A DNA stretch of 32,000 bases from Gemmata obscuriglobus. GTDB taxonomy: Bacteria; Planctomycetota; Planctomycetia; Gemmatales; Gemmataceae. A program made the position numbers and the translations under genes. Below, one piece after another: positions 18,101-24,311 of the stretch (positions within the stretch are counted from its first letter, which is position 1; each line of letters begins with the position of its first letter). The notes below the pieces were generated by a model, which had not been told where the DNA came from, did no database searches, and saw nothing but the letters and a program-made list of their open reading frames with translations. Where the stretch lies: contig NZ_CP042911.1 in assembly GCF_008065095.1 (NCBI RefSeq), positions 6,720,001 through 6,752,000 on the forward strand. The letters run 5' to 3'.

Positions 18101-21100
18101 GCTCATCAAGAAGCACTCGAAGGCGGCGCAGCAGGTGCTGTTGCAGGCGGTCAGCGACGCCGACCAGGGCGTCCGCCTGTCGGCCGTAACCGCGCTTGTG
18201 GACGACGACGCCAAGGCACTGCTCAAGCTGGCGACGCAGAACGAGCGGGCCGACGTGCGGGTGCGCGCCGCGGCGGCCCTCGCGAGGCACGGCGACCCGG
18301 CGGCCCTGCCCGTGCTGCGGGCGCTCGCCACCGCCGCCGAACCGGAGCACAAAGAGCGCGGCCCCGACTGGCTCATCGTGGTCGTGCTGGCCCTCAGCGG
18401 GCTGGCCGAGTTCGGCGCCCCGGACGCTCAGGCGGACGCGGTGGCGCTGCTCGACAGCCCGCACCCGCCCATTCGGAAGGCCGCGGCGACGGCGCTCGCG
18501 TGGTGCTCGCGGGCGGGAACGGCGGGTCCGCTCCGCGCGGCGATGTCCCACACCGACCCGCACGTGAAGTACCGGGCGGCGCTCGGTCTGGCGTACCTGG
18601 GCGACGCGACCGTCGTCCCCCTCATCCGCTCCCCCGAAGGGAGCGGCGTGGTCACGCCCGCGGAGCAGTTCACCGCGACCGTGGCGCTGGGCGCGGCGGC
18701 CGGGGTGCAGGGGACCGTGTTCCTCGACAGCCCGGACGAGAAGCTCCGCGACCGCTCGCTGCTCGCCACGCTCCTGCTCGAACTCCGGGACACCGACGGG
18801 CAGCCCGAAAAGTGCGTCGAGTGCCTCTCGGCACGGGGCGCCCGGTTCCGGCTCACCGGCGCCCGGGCGCTGGAGGTGTTCGCCGACCCGGTCGCGTTCC
18901 GCGCGTTCGTGATCGCAGAGGTGAACGACCGCGGCGAGGACACCCCCTGGAAGGTGGCCCCGGAGGTGGTGGACGATCTGGCGAACCTGCTGGCGTTCGC
19001 GGAACCGCAGTTGAAGGCGAAAACGGCCCTCTTGCTCGGGCTGTTCGACAACAAGGAACAGGCCGAGTGGAACGCGGCGTGGGCCGTCCACGCCGCCCGG
19101 TTCGCGCCCGAGATCAAGGCCGCGCGTGAGGCCGCAACAAAGGCCGGCGTGCCGGTGCCGTCGAAGCTGACGCCGGAGCAGCTCCGTGAACTGGCGTTCG
19201 GCGGGTACGTGGGCCTTGTCCGCGAGCAGGGTGCGAGCGGCGGCGGTCAGCCGGTCGGGAAAGTCCGCCAGACGGCGCTGGCCCGCATCTTCGCCATCGC
19301 GTCGAAAGACGCCGCGTACGGCCGGGCCGCGCAGCCGGTTCTGGCCCAGGCGATGGGCGACCCCAACCAGCCTGTTCGCACCCAGGCGTTCGAGCACCTC
19401 CAGGCCCTCGGGATGGACAAGGCGCAGCTCGGCGCCGAGGCGCTCGAAGCGGGGTACACGGATCTGGGCGTCAAGGGGCTGGAACTCCTCACCGACGGCA
19501 CCAGTGCAAAGAAGGGCGAAGCGGTTCTTGAGCGGGTGATGCTGGCCCGGTCCGACGACCTCGCGATCGAGGCCGCGAAGCTATTGCGCGACCGCCAGGG
19601 GAAGATCCCCACCGCGAAGAAGGCGCTCGACGCGGTGCACGAGCCGATGCGGCTGCAAGCGGTCGAATGGCTCTCCGCGCAGTACGAGGATTCGGAGGAC
19701 GCGAAGACGTTCCTCCGCGCGGCGCTCGAGTCGCGCTACCGCAAGGCGCGCGAAACGGCCGCGTTCGAGCTGGCCGGCAAGAAGGACGCTTCGGCTTACG
19801 ACGCCCTCGCGCGGTTCTTGAGGGACGCGAGCGACGCCGCCCGCCAGCGCGCCATCATCAACGCGCTGGTCACGCTCGGCGACAAGCGCGCCGCCGGCGC
19901 GTTCCTGGACCGCATCGAGAACGACCCGGGTGGCACCGCGGACGCCGACGCCCTCATCGGCGCCGCGGCGGGCTTCCGCGTGCCGGCCACCGCGGACCGG
20001 CTGTTCCTGATGCTCGACAAGCGTAAGGACCGGCGCGACGCCCTTCGCTCCGCGATCCTCACCGTCAGCGGCCACGACCAGTGGGTCGGCGATTCGGACG
20101 ACCAGAACCCGCAGGACCGCTCGGCGTGGATGAAGGACCAGCACCCGCGCCACGACGCGATCCTGGCCCGGCTCCTCGAATGGACGCTCAACGACGGCGA
20201 CGCCGACACCATCACGAACACGCTGCTGGAGCCGGTCCGGTGGTCGCTGGGCAAGGACGTGGACGCGGTCTTCCCGACGCTGTGCGCGAGCCCCAACGCG
20301 GACCTGCGCGACGCCGCGGTTGAGGCCTACGGGTGGCGGTTCCGCAAGCGCGGCGCGGCGCCGGAGCCGCTGCTCAAGGCGCTGAAGCACAAGAACCCGG
20401 TCACGCAGTTCCTGGCCGCCGAGGGGCTCGCCCGGGGCGGGCGCGGCGAGGGGATGCAGGTGCTCCTCTCCGGGATCGAGTACCTCGAAGACCACGGCCA
20501 CCGCAACCGGGCCGTTCAGGCGCTGGGCGAACTCGGCGACCCGCGCAGCGTCGACAAGCTGCTCGCGCTCGCCACCGAGGACGGGAACCCGCTCCAGCAG
20601 GCCGCGACCGAGGCCGTCGGGCACCTGAAAAAGTCGCCGCAGGCGGACGCGGTGTTCCGGCTCCTCGAAAAGCACGCGAAGGCCCAGAACGACCTCGCGC
20701 AACGCGCGCTCGTCGGGCTCCGCTACTTCGACACGCCGAGCGGCTGGGACATCGTTCGCGCGAAAGTGAACGCCAAGGGGTACGGGTGGTGGCTCTCGCG
20801 GGTCCGCGCCACGGCGGCGGAGCAACTGGGCTATAACGACGACCCGGCGACCCGCGACCTGCTGCTGAAGACGCTCCGCACGGTCACGGACTACCAACTG
20901 ACCCCGGAAGCGTACAAGGCGGCGCGCCGGCTGTGGGGCCGGGACTCGCTGGAGCCGAACTACAACCTGCTCCAGAACCCGAACGCCGGGAGCTTCATCA
21001 ACACCGGCGAGGACGGCGGCGCGCTCGAGCCGGTGCTCAAAAAGGGCGACCCGCTCCGCATCATGGCGGTGTTCCCGAACTGCGGGCCGCAGATCCAGAT

Positions 21101-22103
21101 GCAACTGGAATCGGCGCTGCTCACCCGGCCGGACCTGCCGGTGCGCGAAGCGATCGACGCGCTGACCCATGCGGACGAGGGGACCGTCCGGCTTGCGACG
21201 CGACTGCTCGGCCGCGCACCGAACGCGGACGCGAAGGACGCGATCGGCGCCGCCCTCGCGAAGTGGTGGCAGGTGTGGCAGGACCGCCGCGCGAACCCCG
21301 GTGCGGCAGTGTCGTCGAGCGATGACGACGACGATTATTACGACAACGATGACGATAATTACGGCCGCTCCGGCAACCAGCCAAAGAGCGGATCGCTTTC
21401 CAACGCCGGCGAAGTAGTGGAGAGCCTGCTGTTCACAGCGGGGCGCGTGGGGGTGCCCGCGGAGGCGATCGCCAACGTCGCGCGGTCGCGTGCCGACGAC
21501 CCGCTCGCCCGCGGCATCCGGCTCGAAGCGGTGCGGTGCCTCGCGCTCGGCACGGTGTCCCCGGCGGTGCTCGACACGCTCGACGCACTGGCGGTCGGGC
21601 CTGACGCGGACGTGCGCGTGCTCGCCGCGGAGATGCTGGCCCGGTTCGACGCCGGCCGTGCGGCGAAGCTCGCCGCGCAGATGCTCTCCGACCGCCCCGC
21701 CTTCAACCGGTTGGTTGTCGCCAAGGCCGTTCACGGGGCGAACGTGGTGAGCGCCGCCGCCAGCGCGCACCTCCAGCCCGTCGCGCTGCCGGTGTTCGTA
21801 GCCGAGAAGGACGTGGCCACGCTCGCGGCGGTCGCGAAGGACCGCAAGGCGCCCGAGGCCGCCCGCTTCGGGGCGGTGGAAGGACTCGGGGTAATGGCCA
21901 CCGAGCCCGCGGAACAGGTGCTGGTCGAGATCGGCACCGCCAAGGACGACGAGAAGGAGTTGCGAAAGGCCGCGTGGCGGGCGCTGCGGCGGTCGAAGCG
22001 GGCACGGGCGCGTGGCGCGGTCAACACGCTCGCCACGCTGCCGAAGGCGCCGAAGAAGGCGAAGCCCGGAAGGCCCGACGTAAAGGGTGAGGGCGGGGGG
22101 TAG
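15162..22103 (+). CDS. Giant protein (2313 aa): acidic N-terminal linker, WD40-like beta-propeller, then about 1700 aa of HEAT (PBS-lyase/EZ-HEAT-like) repeats
   Basis: Propeller-type strands include GDIRAVSGVGD, LAVDGNTVYVGGTDRKLY, LWLVAGTTKGVVAVFD, FFSAGADNKLL, FVTGSRDATLKNW and VAVACDDNSIRLIKL. There are dozens of HEAT signatures, for example DPDHKVREHIAKLLGE, INARVEVCRALAALDDPRAV, ADVRVRAAAALARHGDPAALPVL and NRAVQALGELGDPRSVDKLL. The start is a GTG at 15162, because the next in-frame Met is about 158 codons later, and a GAGG lies about 12 nt upstream. Confidence 0.85.
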   Translation: MASAKWNPLRDRFRTLLSVLRAFAKAKEQITEDRYDEAHSALDDLVYQYPDEIFSELNDELEAVGEAEPGEVDATGPVTPVALGAGFATVFADYLKQVERLTESVEKLLEQDEGSEDDESEDDEDADQSSISNTAGTSGPDEPGSGSAAQGESSPGKSQMYRGDIRAVSGVGDSLAFVTVHPEGLPTALYWLDPDRLTLKTDPLPCGGTALAVDGNTVYVGGTDRKLYEGGKKAPKPLAGPFANDIVAIVPVGKKRIAVLNGKQIDIISDKDGAAKQTLELPDAGTCLSVDKTGLWLVAGTTKGVVAVFDGEGGDEFAPSESAKLHDGAVTVVQFEPEELRFFSAGADNKLLTTFARGSLEPEDKGRANTHEDVLTGLVYVPGDRFVTGSRDATLKNWPRPGAVKPSTLKDVVGRVVALAAVTVYNQPHVAVACDDNSIRLIKLDKDGKFPEDDALTAKVTGAADWVRNELADRYDAKRREKAVKVLAEWKDSASIDALGEQLNRDPDHKVREHIAKLLGESDSPRVVKILERAVGHNDKAVRLEAFKSLHARAPQDLGPIDLALKTGQVDVGVEAVKALEPLAKADDQALTRLVETLDASAWDVRKAGLAALETVYDATAPTADLTALGAKFGDLREFALRRTFDRGLLQDAAVQSAVRRRLEDDDGSVRKTAFLLSVLSKPDLAAVLRAGDPELHRQLNEIEKPEKEKGDKSDKMAPAVPPGAKETLTPADYDTLLQATASRALDTCLRGARGLAVLGDPRAFGLLLQLSREEDINARVEVCRALAALDDPRAVNRLRSLLFDREASVRDAAYTALAKIFDQAPLSVAESGLTAADEDVRRRGLETLIQTVKKKKPQAAGEPGWDLLLRALNDSARGVRGEAFKAALNLKIGGGGADTLRFSLQSIHPDVRREALTEVTAQDKEEWAAPLLHEFFNDADPALRKEAFEFATKKNKDIAVLETALRSRFSDARKLAVEGLIKKHSKAAQQVLLQAVSDADQGVRLSAVTALVDDDAKALLKLATQNERADVRVRAAAALARHGDPAALPVLRALATAAEPEHKERGPDWLIVVVLALSGLAEFGAPDAQADAVALLDSPHPPIRKAAATALAWCSRAGTAGPLRAAMSHTDPHVKYRAALGLAYLGDATVVPLIRSPEGSGVVTPAEQFTATVALGAAAGVQGTVFLDSPDEKLRDRSLLATLLLELRDTDGQPEKCVECLSARGARFRLTGARALEVFADPVAFRAFVIAEVNDRGEDTPWKVAPEVVDDLANLLAFAEPQLKAKTALLLGLFDNKEQAEWNAAWAVHAARFAPEIKAAREAATKAGVPVPSKLTPEQLRELAFGGYVGLVREQGASGGGQPVGKVRQTALARIFAIASKDAAYGRAAQPVLAQAMGDPNQPVRTQAFEHLQALGMDKAQLGAEALEAGYTDLGVKGLELLTDGTSAKKGEAVLERVMLARSDDLAIEAAKLLRDRQGKIPTAKKALDAVHEPMRLQAVEWLSAQYEDSEDAKTFLRAALESRYRKARETAAFELAGKKDASAYDALARFLRDASDAARQRAIINALVTLGDKRAAGAFLDRIENDPGGTADADALIGAAAGFRVPATADRLFLMLDKRKDRRDALRSAILTVSGHDQWVGDSDDQNPQDRSAWMKDQHPRHDAILARLLEWTLNDGDADTITNTLLEPVRWSLGKDVDAVFPTLCASPNADLRDAAVEAYGWRFRKRGAAPEPLLKALKHKNPVTQFLAAEGLARGGRGEGMQVLLSGIEYLEDHGHRNRAVQALGELGDPRSVDKLLALATEDGNPLQQAATEAVGHLKKSPQADAVFRLLEKHAKAQNDLAQRALVGLRYFDTPSGWDIVRAKVNAKGYGWWLSRVRATAAEQLGYNDDPATRDLLLKTLRTVTDYQLTPEAYKAARRLWGRDSLEPNYNLLQNPNAGSFINTGEDGGALEPVLKKGDPLRIMAVFPNCGPQIQMQLESALLTRPDLPVREAIDALTHADEGTVRLATRLLGRAPNADAKDAIGAALAKWWQVWQDRRANPGAAVSSSDDDDDYYDNDDDNYGRSGNQPKSGSLSNAGEVVESLLFTAGRVGVPAEAIANVARSRADDPLARGIRLEAVRCLALGTVSPAVLDTLDALAVGPDADVRVLAAEMLARFDAGRAAKLAAQMLSDRPAFNRLVVAKAVHGANVVSAAASAHLQPVALPVFVAEKDVATLAAVAKDRKAPEAARFGAVEGLGVMATEPAEQVLVEIGTAKDDEKELRKAAWRALRRSKRARARGAVNTLATLPKAPKKAKPGRPDVKGEGGG

Positions 22104-22256
22104 CGAAAGGGACGAACGGCAACCGACGCAGGCTGCGGCACACCGTGGTGGAACGAACGCGGTTACCGCGTGTCCCGCCAGTGGAACATCGACGCCTTCC
22201 GAGAGCGGCCAACTGCTCCCAAAGGCCCGCAAACGACTCTTCCTGTGGGTGATGTG

Positions 22257-24116
22257 ATGGCCACCGAACCGACGGTCGACGACGCACCGAGCGACGCCCC
22301 ACCGCCCTCCAGCGGCGCGCAGCTCACCTACGGCGGTGCGAGTCGCGTGAGCACGAGCGGCAGCGGCGCGCTGGTCGAGTTGTTCGGCAACCTCGACCGA
22401 CCGCCGGTGCGGTTCGCAGGCGCGCTCAAGCACCCGCTGCGGTTCCGCGAGGCGCTCTCCGCGCTGTACGGGGTCATCGGCAGCGACTACCGGTACGCGC
22501 CGAAGGACCGCACGCAGTACATCGCGTACCTGCGCCTGAAGCGCGACGCCGCCCCGCTCGGCGTGTGGCACGCGCAGCAGGCGTACTTCGCCTGGATGCT
22601 GCGGAACGACCCAACGGCCCTGACGATCCTCGACCCCGTCGTGAGCGTCCACCCGGACCAGATCACGTTCGAGGTGTTCGGCAAGGACGAGAGCACCTAC
22701 GCGTGCCTCGCGTTCAATCCGGAAGCGTTCGACGCCTCCGGCCCGGCCGCCCACGGCACCACCAACATCGACTTCAGCGACGCCCTGTACGCCAGCGTCC
22801 AGCAGATCCGCGGGTACCGCGAAACGAAGTTCGCGATCGGCCCCGACGGCGCGGCGCCCGCGCCCGAAACCCGGGGCGCGACGCTGGAGAAGAAGATCCA
22901 GGTGCCGGACTCGTGGCTCCGCGGGTTCCTCCAGGTGCAGTCGGCCGCGACGCTGCCGTTCGACCACGTGCAGCTCGCGCCGATGGACCTGTACAACGTC
23001 CTGCGCCACCTGCGGATGAACGGCGACCGCAAGGGCAAGAAGCGCGGGCTGCGGTTCGAGCTGATCCCCGCCCAGCAGCCGCGCATCGTGGCCGAGCCCT
23101 GGGAGACGGTGTTCACCACCACCGGCGACGTGTTCCGCGGTAAGGCGGCGCGCCTCGTTCGGGTGTGGGGGCGGCGCCGGCTCATGACCATCAAGCGGTT
23201 GCTCCCGTTCGTCCAGAGCGTGGACGTGTACCTGCTCGGGAGCGGGCTGCCGAGCTTCTGGGTGTTCCGCTGCGGCGAGATCACGCTCACCCTCGGCATG
23301 ACCGGGTTCACCTCCGCGAACTGGTCGAGCGCGCTCGGCTTCGACCTGCTGCTGCCGCGCAAAACCCAGGACGGCGAACCGACGAAGAAGGTCGTCGCGC
23401 ACCTCGCGACGCACTGGAAGGCGGCCCCAAAGGAGCTTACACAGGCGACAGGTCTGAAAGGCGCGGCGCTGGTCGAGGCGGTGCAGGTGGGGTGTCAGAA
23501 CGGGGAGCTGATGTACGACATCGCCGGCGGCGTGTATCGGCACCGGCCGCTCACCGCCAAGCCCCTCGACCTGGAACGCCTCCAGTTCCGCAACCCGCGC
23601 GAGAAGGTGGCCCGCGACCTGCTCGCCCGCGGCCGGGCGGTGCGCATCACCGGCGAGAACCGCATCGCGGGCATCGGGCTGGAGCTGACGGGCACTGTCA
23701 CCGTGGTCGAGGACAAGCGCGACTACCGGCCGCAAATGGTACTCGCGGACGAGGGGCAGGTGCGCAAGGTGACCTGCACCTGCGCGACGTTCCGCAAACA
23801 GGGCATCAAGGGCGGGCCGTGCGTTCACCTCATCGCGCTGCGGCTCGCGTTCGCCGAGAAGGAAGCGAAGAAGGCGAAGGCCGACGACGCGGTGAAGTTC
23901 GAAACCCGGGCGTTCGCCAAGCGCGACGGCGCGGTCGAGAACGTGGTCCAGGTCTCCCTGGAGCGCGACAAGATCAAATACCGCTGGGGGCCGAGCGGCC
24001 AGACCATGCGGCTCCAGACCATGCGGTTCAACACGGAAGAGGACGCCCGGCGGGCGTACTTCGCGAAGCTCGCGGACCTCGACGCGAAAGGTTACCTGGA
24101 CGCGATCGCGGAATGA
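22257..24116 (+). CDS. SWIM zinc-finger protein with a C-terminal WGR-like domain
   Basis: The SWIM CxCx(n)CxH motif is VTCTCATFRKQGIKGGPCVHLIAL (23776-23829). The WGR-like C-terminus is VQVSLERDKIKYRWGPSGQTMRLQTMRFNTEEDARRAYFAKLADLDAKGYLD, where RWGPSG replaces the canonical (R)WGRIG. I prefer the start ATG at 22257 (MATEPTVDD), because codons between the track start at 22170 and 22256 lose the GC3 bias. Confidence 0.85.
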   Translation: MATEPTVDDAPSDAPPPSSGAQLTYGGASRVSTSGSGALVELFGNLDRPPVRFAGALKHPLRFREALSALYGVIGSDYRYAPKDRTQYIAYLRLKRDAAPLGVWHAQQAYFAWMLRNDPTALTILDPVVSVHPDQITFEVFGKDESTYACLAFNPEAFDASGPAAHGTTNIDFSDALYASVQQIRGYRETKFAIGPDGAAPAPETRGATLEKKIQVPDSWLRGFLQVQSAATLPFDHVQLAPMDLYNVLRHLRMNGDRKGKKRGLRFELIPAQQPRIVAEPWETVFTTTGDVFRGKAARLVRVWGRRRLMTIKRLLPFVQSVDVYLLGSGLPSFWVFRCGEITLTLGMTGFTSANWSSALGFDLLLPRKTQDGEPTKKVVAHLATHWKAAPKELTQATGLKGAALVEAVQVGCQNGELMYDIAGGVYRHRPLTAKPLDLERLQFRNPREKVARDLLARGRAVRITGENRIAGIGLELTGTVTVVEDKRDYRPQMVLADEGQVRKVTCTCATFRKQGIKGGPCVHLIALRLAFAEKEAKKAKADDAVKFETRAFAKRDGAVENVVQVSLERDKIKYRWGPSGQTMRLQTMRFNTEEDARRAYFAKLADLDAKGYLDAIAE

Positions 24117-24131
24117 GCCGAACACAACCGG

Positions 24132-24297
24132 GAGTGTTTCACCGCAGAGGGCGCGAGAGGGCGCAGAGAGAAAGAACTGAGATAAAAGGCAGAAGAACGA
24201 TCGTTCGCTCTCGACTTTTCTCTCCGCGCCCTCTCGCGCCCTCTGCGGTGAAGCACTCTTTCTTGCGCCTTCCTGTGCCCTCTGCGGTGAATCACTG
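24132..24297 (+). ncRNA. Candidate structured RNA upstream of the RT (putative retron msr/msd-like element); it could instead be a REP-like palindromic element or a terminator
   Basis: The left arm 24132-24173 (GAGTGTTTCACCGCAGAGGGCGCGAGAGGGCGCAGAGAGAAA) pairs with the right arm 24217-24258, with 2 mismatches over 42 nt. The 43-nt A-rich loop contains the 12-bp palindrome GAACGATCGTTC (24196-24207). A degenerate second copy of the right arm lies at 24265-24295 (GCGCCTTCCTGTGCCCTCTGCGGTGAATCAC) and ends about 15 nt before the RT ATG. No expression data are available. Confidence 0.45.
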
Positions 24298-24311
24298 CCT
24301 TTTGGGTCATC

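Noticed and set aside
22170-22256. The upstream GTG start for the SWIM-WGR gene.
   Set aside because: The codons between 22200 and 22256 frequently end in A or T (cga, cca, act, gct, aaa, caa, act, ctt, cct, ggt, gat), unlike the gene body. I prefer the ATG at 22257, although this is not certain.
24132-24258. The long hairpin as nothing more than the intrinsic terminator of the SWIM-WGR gene.
   Set aside because: This is not fully rejected. A 42-nt arm with a 43-nt loop, plus a duplicated arm abutting the RT start, is atypical for a simple terminator, so it is reported as a candidate ncRNA with this alternative stated.
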